Origin: Nitrosopumilus sp.
GTDB lineage: Archaea > Thermoproteota > Nitrososphaeria > Nitrososphaerales > Nitrosopumilaceae
Direction of reading: 5' to 3'
DNA: 64,000 nucleotides
Assembly (NCBI GenBank): GCA_965219345.1
Contig: OZ244732.1
Span: 736,001-800,000, forward strand
Shown: one piece after another, positions 29,020 through 39,955 of the stretch
Layout: every line of letters starts with the position of its first letter
Position numbering within the stretch: position 1 is the stretch's first letter
Program-made: the position numbers and the translations under genes
Notes under the pieces: generated by a model
The model's database searches: none
What the model saw: only the letters and a program-made list of their open reading frames with translations
What the model was told of the DNA's origin: nothing

Positions 29020-29883
29020 TTGATAAACCATGTGGCTGGAATCGGAAATGTACGAGTAGGAGGAAAAAATCCTGTACGTATAATGGCCATTATAAACACT
29101 AGTCCTGAATCATTTTACAAAAAGTCTGTCAAGACAACAAAAACTCACATAAAAAATACTGTGAAACAGATGGAAGATGATGGTGTAGATTTTATCGATG
29201 TTGGAGGTATGTCTACTACACCTTATTTATCTACAGCAGTCTCAGAAAAAGTTGAATCAAAAAGAATTCTTAATGCAATAAAAATAATTCAAAATGTCTC
29301 CAATCTACCAATTTCTGTTGATACATGTAGGGCCAAAGTTGCTAGAGATGCTTTAGAATGTGGTGTTGAGATAATCAATGATATTTCTGGATTAAAGTAT
29401 GATCGAAAAATGCAGGAGGTTGTCTCAGAATTTGTTCCATCTCTAATTTTATGTGCATATAATTCCAAAACTGTTTTTGGAAATACCATAACTGTAACAA
29501 AAAAACTTCTTAGAGAAAGCTTGAAAATTGCAAAAAAATCAAATATTCCATCAGAAAAAATTGTATTAGATCCCGCTATTGGATTTTTTAGAAAAACTGG
29601 ACAAGGCCCATTTTTTACAAAAATTAAATCAGATTGGGTGGAAAGAGATCTATCAATAATCAAAAACTTGAATTCTATAAAGCAGAACCATCCAATTTTA
29701 ATCTCAATTTCAAACAAATCCTTCCTAGGAAATCTTTTAGGAAAAGAAAATCCTACTGATCGATTGTTTGGCTCGGTAGCTGCAGAAGCTATATCTGTCA
29801 TAAATGGTGCTGATATTATTCGCACTCATAATGTTGAGGCTACTAAAGAAGCAATAACAATAGCTTCGAGACTCTCAAGATGA
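29020..29883 (+). CDS. folP: dihydropteroate synthase
   Basis: INTSPESFY, IDVGGMST, ISVDT, INDISG, LDPAIGF, SNKSF, IIRTHNV. Confidence 0.92.
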   Translation: MINHVAGIGNVRVGGKNPVRIMAIINTSPESFYKKSVKTTKTHIKNTVKQMEDDGVDFIDVGGMSTTPYLSTAVSEKVESKRILNAIKIIQNVSNLPISVDTCRAKVARDALECGVEIINDISGLKYDRKMQEVVSEFVPSLILCAYNSKTVFGNTITVTKKLLRESLKIAKKSNIPSEKIVLDPAIGFFRKTGQGPFFTKIKSDWVERDLSIIKNLNSIKQNHPILISISNKSFLGNLLGKENPTDRLFGSVAAEAISVINGADIIRTHNVEATKEAITIASRLSR

Positions 29884-29928
29884 CACAAAGGCTTATAATC
29901 AATATTTTACTTCGTTAACAAGGTTTCA

Positions 29929-31359
29929 TTGGAATTCAAAGAGGGATTAACTTTTGACGACGTTCTTCTTGTACCTAAATATTCAGATATTACAAGTAGA
30001 AGTCAAACCGATCTAAGTACTAAATTATCTCGAAATATCTCAATTAACATTCCTTTTGTAAGTGCAAATATGGATACTGTCACTGAATCCTTAATGGCTA
30101 TGGCAATGGCTCGTGCCGGGGGTATAGGAATCATTCACAGATTTTTATCCATTCAAGAACAAACCAACGAAGTTCTCAAAGTGAAACGTTCAGGTAGCGT
30201 GATGATAGAAAATCCTTATTCTATCTCTCCTGACAAATCAATCCAAGATGCTCTAGACTATGCAGAAGACAAAGATATCTCTGGTCTTTTGGTAGTTGAT
30301 TCTAATTCTAAATTGGCAGGAATAATAACTGAGAGAGATTTACTGTTTGCTAATCGCAATGATCATATTCATGATGTTATGACAAAAGATGTTGTAACCG
30401 CAAAACCTGGAGTTACATTAGATGAAGCAAAAGAAATTTTACACAAACATAGAATTGAAAAATTACCAATAACTGACGATTCAGGAATTATCAAAGGATT
30501 GATTACAAGTAAGGATATTACAAATAATGAAGATTATCCAAATGCATCCAAAGATAAGAAAGGACGACCATTAGTTGGAGCAGCGGTTGGTGTAAAAGGT
30601 GACTTTTTAGAAAGAAGCGAATCTCTTTTAGAAGCCGGAGCTGATGTTCTTGTTGTTGATATTGCACATGGTCATAGTGAAAATGCATTAAACACAGTTC
30701 GTAATATCAAAAAAGCGTTTCCAGATTGTGAATTAATTGCAGGAAATGTAGCAACTGCCCAAGGTACAGAAGATTTGATAAAAGCAGGAGTTGATGCGGT
30801 AAAGGTTGGTGTGGGATCCGGCTCAATTTGTATTACTAGAGTAATAACTGGTTCTGGTGTACCGCAATTGACTGCAGTATTGGATTGTGCAAAAACAGGC
30901 AAGGATCATGACATTCCAATAATTTCTGATGGTGGTACAAGAACTTCTGGTGATGCAACAAAGGGATTGGCTGCTGGTGCTTCATCTGTAATGGTAGGTA
31001 GTATGCTTGGAGGCACTGATGAATCACCTGGTACAGTTTTGACTAAGAACGGAAAACGTTTCAAAGTTTATCGTGGAATGGCTTCTCTTGCCGCTTCAAT
31101 TGGCAGAAAATCAAAACTAACAGGTACAATTTCACTTGATGACGATCTTAATGACTATGTTGCAGAAGGAGTTGAGGCTATGGTACCTTACAAAGGAACT
31201 GTAACTGATATACTGAAACAACTTACAGGCGGTGTCCGCTCGGGCTTAAGCTATTGCGGTGCACATACAATTACTCAAATGCAAAATAATGCAGAGTTTA
31301 TCAAAATGTCAAGAGCTGGATTTGCAGAAAGTCAGCCTCATGATGTTTCTTTGATGTAG
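29929..31359 (+). CDS. guaB: IMP dehydrogenase
   Basis: [21 protein letters not shown] pair, [17 protein letters not shown]. Confidence 0.96.
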   Translation: MEFKEGLTFDDVLLVPKYSDITSRSQTDLSTKLSRNISINIPFVSANMDTVTESLMAMAMARAGGIGIIHRFLSIQEQTNEVLKVKRSGSVMIENPYSISPDKSIQDALDYAEDKDISGLLVVDSNSKLAGIITERDLLFANRNDHIHDVMTKDVVTAKPGVTLDEAKEILHKHRIEKLPITDDSGIIKGLITSKDITNNEDYPNASKDKKGRPLVGAAVGVKGDFLERSESLLEAGADVLVVDIAHGHSENALNTVRNIKKAFPDCELIAGNVATAQGTEDLIKAGVDAVKVGVGSGSICITRVITGSGVPQLTAVLDCAKTGKDHDIPIISDGGTRTSGDATKGLAAGASSVMVGSMLGGTDESPGTVLTKNGKRFKVYRGMASLAASIGRKSKLTGTISLDDDLNDYVAEGVEAMVPYKGTVTDILKQLTGGVRSGLSYCGAHTITQMQNNAEFIKMSRAGFAESQPHDVSLM

Positions 31360-31394
31360 TTAATTTTTTAAACAGTATGTAGAATCATTGAATT

Positions 31395-31865
31395 ATGTTA
31401 TCAAAAAGAACTGTCATTGGACTAATAGTTGGAAGTGCAATTATTGCAATTGGTGGCGCTTCTTTAATTCTACATATTGGAACAATTACTGTTAATGAAA
31501 ATTATGTTGTAGAAGTTGGTGATTCAGCATTCTATACAATTCCTGCTCCTATTCACACCCCACAATCTATGACTATTACTGGTAATACTTTTGATCTCAA
31601 ACTTGAAAGTCCAGCTAATGGATTACAGATTCTAAACACTACTTCATACAAAGACGAATTGACCTTGGATTGGATTCATGAAGCAGATGGTGAAACAAAA
31701 ATCCAGATCCAAAATACCGGTAATGCTGAATTAGAAATAACTGGGGTCTTAATTAGAAGCTCTGATCCAATCTGGTTTACCTATGATCTTATGGTGATTA
31801 TATCTGGAATGGTGATTATCGGATTTAGTATGGGATTTACCTTAAGAAAGCCCAAAGGCTTTTAG
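31395..31865 (+). CDS. hypothetical membrane protein
   Basis: N- and C-terminal TM helices. Confidence 0.7.
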   Translation: MLSKRTVIGLIVGSAIIAIGGASLILHIGTITVNENYVVEVGDSAFYTIPAPIHTPQSMTITGNTFDLKLESPANGLQILNTTSYKDELTLDWIHEADGETKIQIQNTGNAELEITGVLIRSSDPIWFTYDLMVIISGMVIIGFSMGFTLRKPKGF

Positions 31866-32677
31866 CTTAGTTTTGCAGAAGTATACGAGCCTAAAACTTT
31901 CATGAAGATAGTCTCTTGTTTTATTTTATCTAGCATTTCCGAAATCTGCAGATTTTTTTCATGCCCTTCAAAATCTACATAAAAATTGTATTCCCACGTA
32001 TTTATTTTGGTTGGTCTAGACTCTATCTTTGTAAGATTGACATTTTCCTTGTGAAAACTCTCTATAATTCTATGTAAAGAACCTGGTTCATGTTTAATCG
32101 AAAAAATAATTGAGGTTTTGTCATTTCCTGTTTCAGGACTGTTTGTTTTTGACAGTATCAGAAATCTTGTATAATTATCCAAATTATTAGCAACATTTTC
32201 AGCAATAATAGGCATCTTATGTATGACTGATGCTGCTTTACTAGCTACACACGCACAATTTTTCTTATTTAATTCTTTGACAATTTTTACACTACCTGCT
32301 GTATCATATGCCGGAATTGTTTTCATGTTATGTTGCTCAATAAATTTTCTACATTGACCTAAAGCTTGTGGATGTGAATAAATGGTATCTACTTCTTCTA
32401 ATTTACCAATTCCAATTAAACAGTGTTCAATTCTATGGTAGATTTCACCTGTTGCATTTAGTGATGTTGTATACAGTAGATCATAGCTTTCGCCAACGCT
32501 TCCTTCCAATGAATTCTCTACCGGCAAAATTGCATACTCTGTTTTATCTATGGACGTGTTTTCTAAAACTTCTGCAAATGTTGTAAGAGGGATAGTTTCA
32601 ATTTCTTCATTAAAAAATGATCTTGCTGCAGCTTCACTGTATGCCCCTCGTTCACCTTGGAACGAAACATGAATCAT
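31862..32677 (-). CDS. pheA: prephenate dehydratase
   Basis: FQGERGAYSE, PVENSLEGSV, SHPQALGQC, NYTRF, NLTKIESRP ACT domain. Confidence 0.95.
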   Translation of the reverse strand: MIHVSFQGERGAYSEAAARSFFNEEIETIPLTTFAEVLENTSIDKTEYAILPVENSLEGSVGESYDLLYTTSLNATGEIYHRIEHCLIGIGKLEEVDTIYSHPQALGQCRKFIEQHNMKTIPAYDTAGSVKIVKELNKKNCACVASKAASVIHKMPIIAENVANNLDNYTRFLILSKTNSPETGNDKTSIIFSIKHEPGSLHRIIESFHKENVNLTKIESRPTKINTWEYNFYVDFEGHEKNLQISEMLDKIKQETIFMKVLGSYTSAKLS

Positions 32678-32680
32678 TTC

Positions 32681-33232
32681 TTAATCTCTCAAATTGAAGA
32701 AATCGCTTTTGCCAAAGTTTGTTGAAAGTTTTCTTTCATCAATCCATGCACATTCTGTACATTTTATGGCATCACGCATTGGTACAACTTTACCTCCACA
32801 TTTTCTACATTTTGTGAATAAAATTCCTAAATGTGGTTCACTAATTGTTGCATGAATTGTACCATTAAGATGACTAAGAATCTTTAGTGCTACTATATCA
32901 TTTACTAGTGCTACATTTCTTATTCTAATATTTCGCGTTCCACATATGCATTCCACTTTTGATGTAGTAGGTTTTCCATTAATGTAATCCATTGATACTG
33001 CAATCATAGATGACATCACAGCTGCAACTGTTCCAATAACAATGTCCCCATCTTTTGGAATTGATAGAGTTTTTGGATGCTTTACGCCAGCAACCCGTGT
33101 TGTCTTGTCAATATCTTTCTGTCCTATGGTTGCTGCTCGAACCATATCTCCATCATCGAAAGTGTTGTATCCGGCCTCATATTCTTCAATGGAAGCTATT
33201 TTGTCTCCTGGGAATGTTGCATTTTCAGACAT
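32681..33232 (-). CDS. csl4: exosome complex RNA-binding protein Csl4
   Basis: FPGDKIASIEEY, S1 domain, C-terminal CRKCG..CTEC..ERKLS Zn ribbon. Confidence 0.9.
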   Translation of the reverse strand: MSENATFPGDKIASIEEYEAGYNTFDDGDMVRAATIGQKDIDKTTRVAGVKHPKTLSIPKDGDIVIGTVAAVMSSMIAVSMDYINGKPTTSKVECICGTRNIRIRNVALVNDIVALKILSHLNGTIHATISEPHLGILFTKCRKCGGKVVPMRDAIKCTECAWIDERKLSTNFGKSDFFNLRD

Positions 33233-33319
33233 GCTGAGATTTTTGTTGTTAATGATTATAATTGTTTGTGGTCTGATGATCTTGGCAAATCATATATCTC
33301 TAAAAATTTGAAAAAAGTC

Positions 33320-34396
33320 ATGAAAGCTTTGGTATATGATCAATATACTGCAGATGATAATTTTTCTAAAATCTTAAAAATCAAAGATATTCCTTCTCCT
33401 GAACCAAAATCTAGTGAAATAGTTTTCAAGGTAAAAGTAGCAGCTCTTAACTATGATGATATTTGGGGAATGCGAGGAAAACCATTAGCAATCCCATTAC
33501 CACATATCTCTGGAACTGATGCTGCAGGAGAAGTTACTGCAGTCGGTAGTGATGTAAAAAATATCAAAGTAGGCGATAGAGTAGTTTCTCATGGAAATTT
33601 GTCATGTAGAGTTTGCAAAGCATGTACTGATGGAAGAGAATATGATTGCAGGAAACGAACTATTTGGGGTTTTGAAACAGGTCCACTTTGGGGTGGGTAT
33701 TGCGAAGAAACTCATCTTCCAGAAGTTAATGTTGTCAAGATTCCTGAAGGTATGTCATACGATGATGCTGCAGCTGCATCAATGACATTAGTTACATCAT
33801 GGCATATGCTTATTGGAAGAGCAAAAATTCAACCCGGACAATTAGTTTTGATTATGGGCGGCAGTTCTGGCGTAGGAAATTTTGGAATTCAAATCGCAAA
33901 ACTTTTTGGATGTACCGTAATTGCTACTGCTAGTCCTGATAAGTTAGATAAATTATTGGAACTGGGAGCTGATTATGCCATAAATCATAGAGATGAAAAC
34001 TGGCACAAAGAAGTGCGGTCAATTGCAAAAAATATTCCAAAACCTTTTGGAGATATGCCCGGAGTTGATGTAATTTTTGAACATATTGGCGGTTCTCATT
34101 GGAATAAAGAACTGACTTTGCTAAACTATGGAGGAACAATTGTGACTACCGGGGCCACAACAGGCTATGATGCCAAGACTGACTTACGTCATATTTTCTT
34201 TAAGGGAATCAACATTTTAGGCTCAACTCAAGGAACAAGAGCTGAATTAGAACAAGGTCTCTATTGGATGTCTCAAGATAAAATAAAATCTATAATTGAT
34301 TCGGTATATCCACTTGAACAGGCAGCAGAGGCTCACACCAAAATGCTCAAAGGCAAGGGACTTTTTGGAAAAATCTTAATGAAACCTAATTTATGA
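33320..34396 (+). CDS. Zn-binding medium-chain dehydrogenase/reductase
   Basis: PHISGTDAAGEV, CRVCKAC..C structural Zn site, GGSSGVG. Confidence 0.9.
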   Translation: MKALVYDQYTADDNFSKILKIKDIPSPEPKSSEIVFKVKVAALNYDDIWGMRGKPLAIPLPHISGTDAAGEVTAVGSDVKNIKVGDRVVSHGNLSCRVCKACTDGREYDCRKRTIWGFETGPLWGGYCEETHLPEVNVVKIPEGMSYDDAAAASMTLVTSWHMLIGRAKIQPGQLVLIMGGSSGVGNFGIQIAKLFGCTVIATASPDKLDKLLELGADYAINHRDENWHKEVRSIAKNIPKPFGDMPGVDVIFEHIGGSHWNKELTLLNYGGTIVTTGATTGYDAKTDLRHIFFKGINILGSTQGTRAELEQGLYWMSQDKIKSIIDSVYPLEQAAEAHTKMLKGKGLFGKILMKPNL

Positions 34397-35002
34397 TTGA
34401 TGATGACAGATCCAAAAGCAAATTCAATCTTAGATGAAGCAAATAGATTATTTCTCCAAGGAAAACCAAAAGAAGCAATTACATATTACAATAAAATTCT
34501 AAATGATAACCCAAAACACCTTAGTTCACTTAACAATAAGGGATATGCTCTAAGTAGACTCAAAGATTTTGATAGCGCTATGAAATGTTATGATATTGCT
34601 CTTCAACTGTATCCAAACGATCTTTCTGTATTGGTAAATAAAATTTCGACTATTCGTAAACAAGGAAACTTTGTTGAAGCATTATCGCTTTGTGATAAAA
34701 TTTTAAAGGACAACCCAAAATACAATGTTGTCTTATACCATAAAGAACGAATTTTGTTTTCTATGGAAAAATTTGAGGAATCCATTTTATGTTGCAATAA
34801 TATTTTGAAAGATTATCCGGATAATGGCGATGTTTTATTTGACAAATCATGTAATCTTGTAATGCTCTCAAACTTTGATGAAGCACTAAATCTACTTGAA
34901 CATGCAATTTCTCAAGGAATTCAATACAAAGTTAAGGCAAAAAAATCTAAATCATTTGAAAAATTATCAGATCATTCCAGATTCCAAAGGTTAGTGTCTT
35001 GA
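34397..35002 (+). CDS. tetratricopeptide repeat protein
   Basis: repeated NNKG..L....A...YD.AL...P units. Confidence 0.88.
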   Translation: MMMTDPKANSILDEANRLFLQGKPKEAITYYNKILNDNPKHLSSLNNKGYALSRLKDFDSAMKCYDIALQLYPNDLSVLVNKISTIRKQGNFVEALSLCDKILKDNPKYNVVLYHKERILFSMEKFEESILCCNNILKDYPDNGDVLFDKSCNLVMLSNFDEALNLLEHAISQGIQYKVKAKKSKSFEKLSDHSRFQRLVS

Positions 35003-35998
35003 CTATAGCCAATGTGGAATTTCTAAATACCCTTCAATGCTTTCTTTTCGTAAAATTTTGAGAAGGGCATTTGCCTGAGGCGAGGACAATACTGGTTTGT
35101 CAAACTGATTGTCTGTGGAAATTCTTGGGCATGCTACTTGAACAAAAGCATCAATTCCTTTAAGATTTCTTAATCTCTCATTTGTAATATCAGTCAGTGC
35201 AAATAACTGAACTTCTTTCCCCTCTTTTTCCAATTCTTTTTTAATTTTTAAAGCAAATATCTTGGATAGTTGTCCTTCTTTTAGTCCTATAATTACTCCA
35301 AATGATTTTGCTTCAGCTGCTTTGTATATTGCAAGTGTGGCTTTCTTTTTTAATTTCTGTGCAAATTCTGTAACTTCTCTTACTTCATTAAAGTAAGGAT
35401 CCAAAACATATGTTGGTAAATTTGTTGACAGTGCAATTCCTGCTGCATGGAAATTACTTTGTCCTAAAAACACATAGGCATCCACTTCTTTTTTTAGTTC
35501 TGATGCAGGATAAAACTCACAACCAAATACTTGACCATCATTTAATTGTCCTTTTCCTTTTCCAATTTTGACTTGAATTCCATTTTCTGTTAAAATCTTT
35601 TCAACTTTATCTATCTGGTGTAAATGCTGACTATCTGTAACTAACGAAATTGTTTTTCCTTTTAATACATCTCCACATTTTTTTGCAACACCATCAAATT
35701 CAACATCATCAAAAGCATCAATTAAGACTAAATTTTTTTCTAGCGATTCAGTATTTATTGTATGTCCAATGTTGAATTGAATTTCTGCTCCCAGAACTTT
35801 TGAGCCATTTGAATTAAGGTCACAAGTTCCCCATGTTGTATCTGCTAAAACATATGCTGGAATTCCAAATTTTTTTGTAATTTTCATAGCAGTTTCTTGA
35901 ACCTGTGGCAAAATTCCATCAGGTCCATTTAATGAGACTGATACCGGATTTTTATCTTCAATTTCTTTGAAAATTCTTTCCTCATCTATTACTATCAA
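35003..35998 (-). CDS. dph2: diphthamide biosynthesis enzyme Dph2
   Basis: WGTCD, FNIGH, GQVFGC, FHA, KEGQ, VACPRISTD. Confidence 0.93.
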   Translation of the reverse strand: MIVIDEERIFKEIEDKNPVSVSLNGPDGILPQVQETAMKITKKFGIPAYVLADTTWGTCDLNSNGSKVLGAEIQFNIGHTINTESLEKNLVLIDAFDDVEFDGVAKKCGDVLKGKTISLVTDSQHLHQIDKVEKILTENGIQVKIGKGKGQLNDGQVFGCEFYPASELKKEVDAYVFLGQSNFHAAGIALSTNLPTYVLDPYFNEVREVTEFAQKLKKKATLAIYKAAEAKSFGVIIGLKEGQLSKIFALKIKKELEKEGKEVQLFALTDITNERLRNLKGIDAFVQVACPRISTDNQFDKPVLSSPQANALLKILRKESIEGYLEIPHWL

Positions 35999-36079
35999 TT
36001 CAGCTTGGAGTCGAACTTTATTAATTTAAATCAACTGTACTTACAACACCTAAAAATGTCTGAGTGATTCAACTAATTC

Positions 36080-37408
36080 ATGGTTGAAAAAACTGTTCTC
36101 AATATTGGGTTTGATGATACTGATTCCCCTAAAGGAATGTGTACCACATTTTTAGCATACAAAATTGTTGATTTTCTTCGAAAACAGAAAACTGAATTTC
36201 TTGACTTTCCAAGATTAATTCGGTTTAATCCTAACATTCCGTGGAAAACTCGTGGTAATGGTGCAGTTTCAATCAGAATAAAGACTAAACATCCTTCAAA
36301 GCTGAAAAATCAAATTAAAAATCTTGTTTCAAAATATTCTGATATTAAAAATGGGGCAAATCCCGGCTTAGTATTTTTTGAAAGTGATCTAATCCCTGCT
36401 GAATTTACAAATTTTAGTAATTTAGCTCTGTGGCAATTAATTAAAAGAAACAATGCAAAAAGATTTGCTGAAAAAAATGATCTTGAATTTTTCTATAAAG
36501 GAAATGGCCAAGGACTTGTTGGCGCAATTGGTGCAATAGGATATGATTTCCAAGATCACACATTAGAACTTTTGAGCTATCGTAAAAGGACAAAATTTGG
36601 AAAAGAAAGAAAAATTTCTACTGAAAGTGTGAAAATTATGCAGGAAAAAACTTCTCCAAATACGTTCAATAGTTTTGATACAAAGAAAGAACGAATTTTA
36701 ATTACTCCGCATGGCCCTGATCCTGTATTTTATGGTGTTAGAGGTGAAAATGTAGATTCATTAGTATATGCTACAAGGATTCTAAAAAGTGATGAAAAAT
36801 TAGATGGCTACATGATCTTCAAATCTAATCAAGGTACCGGGGATCATTTGAAAAACGAATTGAATTTTGAAAATATGAAACCTTACGCTTCTGGAAAAAT
36901 CAATGGAATTGTATCAAATACACCAAAACCTGTAAAAGGTGGACACGTCTTTTTCAAAATCCTTTCTAAAAATCATGAGTACTGGTGTGCTGTTTACAAA
37001 CCAACAGGAATTTCATCTATTGCTTCAAACTTGATTAAGGGGGATAAAATATGTGTAGGTGGCGGTGTTCGAAAAGCATCAAAAAAATTTCCTCGAACTG
37101 TTAATCTTGAATTCATTAATATTATTCACCTTGAAAAGAATCTTTCAAAATCTAATCCCATTTGCAAAAAATGTAACAAAAAAATGAAGTCTAAAGGTCA
37201 GAATCAAGGATTTCAGTGTATCCGATGTGGAAAAAAAGCTTCGAAAAAGATAACTGTTGAAATTTCAAGAAAAGTCAGAAAACAATTGTATATTCCAAAT
37301 ATGTCTGCTCATAGACACCTGACAAGGCCTTTACAACGCATTGGAATATCTAACAAAACTTCAAAATTTGATAAATCTCTTTCATGGTTTCGTGTTTATG
37401 GAAACTAA
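36080..37408 (+). CDS. tiaS: tRNA(Ile2) agmatinylcytidine synthase
   Basis: GFDDTDSPKGMCTT, PNIPWKTRGNG, PHGPDPVFYGVRG, SNQGTGDHL, C-terminal Zn ribbon, RHLTRP. Confidence 0.94.
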   Translation: MVEKTVLNIGFDDTDSPKGMCTTFLAYKIVDFLRKQKTEFLDFPRLIRFNPNIPWKTRGNGAVSIRIKTKHPSKLKNQIKNLVSKYSDIKNGANPGLVFFESDLIPAEFTNFSNLALWQLIKRNNAKRFAEKNDLEFFYKGNGQGLVGAIGAIGYDFQDHTLELLSYRKRTKFGKERKISTESVKIMQEKTSPNTFNSFDTKKERILITPHGPDPVFYGVRGENVDSLVYATRILKSDEKLDGYMIFKSNQGTGDHLKNELNFENMKPYASGKINGIVSNTPKPVKGGHVFFKILSKNHEYWCAVYKPTGISSIASNLIKGDKICVGGGVRKASKKFPRTVNLEFINIIHLEKNLSKSNPICKKCNKKMKSKGQNQGFQCIRCGKKASKKITVEISRKVRKQLYIPNMSAHRHLTRPLQRIGISNKTSKFDKSLSWFRVYGN

Positions 37409-37409
37409 G

Positions 37410-37484
37410 TAGCGGGGAGTAGATTTGAACTACTGATTTGCGGGTTATGAGCCCGCCGGGATGACCTGACTTCCCCACCCCGCT
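37410..37484 (-). tRNA. tRNA-Met (CAT), initiator
   Basis: AGCGGGG acceptor with A1-U72, anticodon stem GCGGG/CCCGC, loop CT CAT AA, T-loop TTCAAAT. Confidence 0.95.
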
Positions 37485-37566
37485 GATCCATAAATGAAGA
37501 TCAGCCGTATATACGCTTTATCAAATTTTTAAAGCAATTAATAGGATTTGAAAAGATTATCTTTCT

Positions 37567-38664
37567 GTGGACAAGAAAATTCGAATCATTGCAATAATTG
37601 CTGTTGGGATATTTTCTTTTTTTGTTCTAACATCTACGTCAGATCCTATTCCATTACCACTACCGTTGTCCACTTCAAATTCTGAAAGTGATTCTGTAAG
37701 TATTTTAGCTGAAAATCTTGACAAACCTCGTGCAATTGCTGTTTCTGATGACAGAATTTTTGTTACAGAAAAAGATGGATTCATTAGAGTTATTCAAGAC
37801 AATAATCTGTTAGAATCACCATTAGCTACATTACGCCCCGCCAATGTATTTGATGGAGGATTATTAGGCATTGCACTTCATCCAGATTTTTCAAATAATC
37901 ATTACATCTATGTATTTCTGACCTATGAGGAAGATGGATATTTGTGGAATAAGATTCTGCAAATAACTGAATCTGAAAATAAATTACAAGATGCTGAAAC
38001 TGTATTTGATAAAATTCCTGGTTCGACATTTACAAATGGTGGTTTTATAAAATTTGGACCTGACGGAAAATTATATGTAGGCACTGGAACCGTTTCTGAT
38101 TCATCTCACCTTCCACAAGAACTTGATTCCTTATCTGGAAAAATTTTAAGATTAAATGATGATGGCACTATCCCAAACGATAACCCATTTTCTGGTTCTC
38201 CAGTCTATTCCTTAGGACATCGAAACCCTCAAGGAATGACTTGGGATGATGATGGTAACATGTTTGTAGCAGAATTTGGACCTGAAAAAAATGACGAAAT
38301 TAATCTAATTCAAGCAGGAAAAAATTATGGCTGGCCTGAACAACAATGTTCCGGTAATGATAACTTTGAAAATCCCATTCTTTGTTATGATCCAAGCATT
38401 GAACCAGGCGGCATTCTATTTTATTCCGGAGATAAACTTGATTTTGAATCTCCATTCATTATGGCTTCTATGAGAGCAACTAATCTTTATCAGCTAGACT
38501 TTGATGAGGGGCTTAGCTCTCAAAAATCTATTCTCAGTGGAATTGGTCGTGTTCGTGATGTAGTACAAGGTTCTGATGGGAGTCTTTATGTAATAACTTC
38601 AAATACTGATGGAAAAGGTTTTCCAGATAGAATGGATGATAAATTATTGAGGATATTAAAATAA
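37567..38664 (+). CDS. PQQ-dependent sugar dehydrogenase (GSDH beta-propeller)
   Basis: GGLLGIALHPDF, GGFIKFGPDGKLY, GKILRL, GHRNPQG, NYGWP; N-terminal anchor. Confidence 0.9.
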   Translation: MDKKIRIIAIIAVGIFSFFVLTSTSDPIPLPLPLSTSNSESDSVSILAENLDKPRAIAVSDDRIFVTEKDGFIRVIQDNNLLESPLATLRPANVFDGGLLGIALHPDFSNNHYIYVFLTYEEDGYLWNKILQITESENKLQDAETVFDKIPGSTFTNGGFIKFGPDGKLYVGTGTVSDSSHLPQELDSLSGKILRLNDDGTIPNDNPFSGSPVYSLGHRNPQGMTWDDDGNMFVAEFGPEKNDEINLIQAGKNYGWPEQQCSGNDNFENPILCYDPSIEPGGILFYSGDKLDFESPFIMASMRATNLYQLDFDEGLSSQKSILSGIGRVRDVVQGSDGSLYVITSNTDGKGFPDRMDDKLLRILK

Positions 38665-38665
38665 A

Positions 38666-39922
38666 ATGCCCGACTCGTCAATTTCAAGATTTTTTGAAAA
38701 ATCAAGAAAAGAAAGATTAGATCTTGTTGCAAATTTCGCAAACCTCTCTGATGAAGAATTAGATATTTTGCAAAGCAATAATGGAGGAATTTCTTTTGAC
38801 AAGGCAGATAAAATGGTGGAAAACACTATTGGCACATTTTCACTTCCTTTGGGGGTTGCAACAAATTTCAAAATTAATGGAAAAGACTACCTCATTCCAA
38901 TGGTTATTGAAGAACCCTCTGTGATTGCAGCAGCGTCCAAAGGAGCCAAAATTGCAAGAATTAAAGGTGGATTTGAAGTTACAGCAGACGAATCTTACAG
39001 CATTGGTCAAATACAAGTGCTGGATGTCGATATTCCTTCTGCAATTCAAAAAATCAATGACTCTTCAAACGATATTCTCCAACTAGCAAATTCCAAAAGC
39101 AATACGTTGTCTAAAATGGGAAAAGGTGCAAAAGAAATCTCTTGTAAAGAAATTGATACACCATCTGGCAAAATGCTAATTGCCGAGATCTTAATTGATG
39201 TTGGAGATGCCATGGGTGCAAATATTACCAATACCATGTGCGAAGCTGTTTCACCCTTGATTGAAAAGATTTCAGGTGGACGAACATTACTTCGAATATT
39301 ATCAAATTATTCTACCAGAAGAATTGCAAAAGCAAAAGCAGTATTTGAAAAAGAGGCTGTCGGAGGAGAAGAAGTTGTTAATAATATTATTCTGGCATTT
39401 GAATTTGCTGATAATGATGTCTACCGAGCAGTTACCCATAACAAAGGTGTACTTAATGGAACTATAGCTGTTGCAAATGCAATTGGTCAGGACAGTAGAG
39501 CAATTGAAGCTGCAGCAAATGCTTATGCTGCAAAATCTGGCAGATATCGTTCTCTTAGTAAATGGAGTAAAGATAACGACGGTAATTTAGTTGGAACCCT
39601 GGAAATTCCTCTTTCTGTTGGAATTGTAGGTGGAATTGTAAATGTTCATCCCGTTGCTAAAGTTTGCACAAAGATTCTTGGGGTCTCAACGGCACAAGAG
39701 CTTGCATGTGTAATGATTGCTACTGGTCTAGCCCAAAATTATAGTGCTATTCGAGCTCTTGCAACTGAAGGAATTCAAAAGGGACACATGCGTCTGCACG
39801 CAAGAAATCTTGCTGCTGCTGCGGGAGCTACACCTGAACAGATAGATAAAATTGTTCAAAAAATGATTGAAGAAAAGAAAATTTCACTTGATAGAGCCAA
39901 AGAATTACTTGAGCAAATTTAA
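38666..39922 (+). CDS. hmgA: hydroxymethylglutaryl-CoA reductase, class II
   Basis: ENTIG, EEPSVIAA, DAMGAN, RAVTHNKG, EGIQKGHMRLH. Confidence 0.94.
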   Translation: MPDSSISRFFEKSRKERLDLVANFANLSDEELDILQSNNGGISFDKADKMVENTIGTFSLPLGVATNFKINGKDYLIPMVIEEPSVIAAASKGAKIARIKGGFEVTADESYSIGQIQVLDVDIPSAIQKINDSSNDILQLANSKSNTLSKMGKGAKEISCKEIDTPSGKMLIAEILIDVGDAMGANITNTMCEAVSPLIEKISGGRTLLRILSNYSTRRIAKAKAVFEKEAVGGEEVVNNIILAFEFADNDVYRAVTHNKGVLNGTIAVANAIGQDSRAIEAAANAYAAKSGRYRSLSKWSKDNDGNLVGTLEIPLSVGIVGGIVNVHPVAKVCTKILGVSTAQELACVMIATGLAQNYSAIRALATEGIQKGHMRLHARNLAAAAGATPEQIDKIVQKMIEEKKISLDRAKELLEQI

Positions 39923-39955
39923 ACATGCGATTATATACCTAAAAAGTGAAAACAA

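Noticed and set aside
33077-33319. N-terminal extension of the Zn dehydrogenase (likewise 49121-49234, 59074-59145, 62940-63029)
   Set aside because: Extensions overlap neighbouring genes or an IS end; family-typical starts lie downstream.
37410-37484. tRNA with CAT anticodon next to tiaS as the tRNA-Ile2 substrate
   Set aside because: A1-U72 pair and consecutive G-C pairs in the anticodon stem identify it as initiator tRNA-Met.
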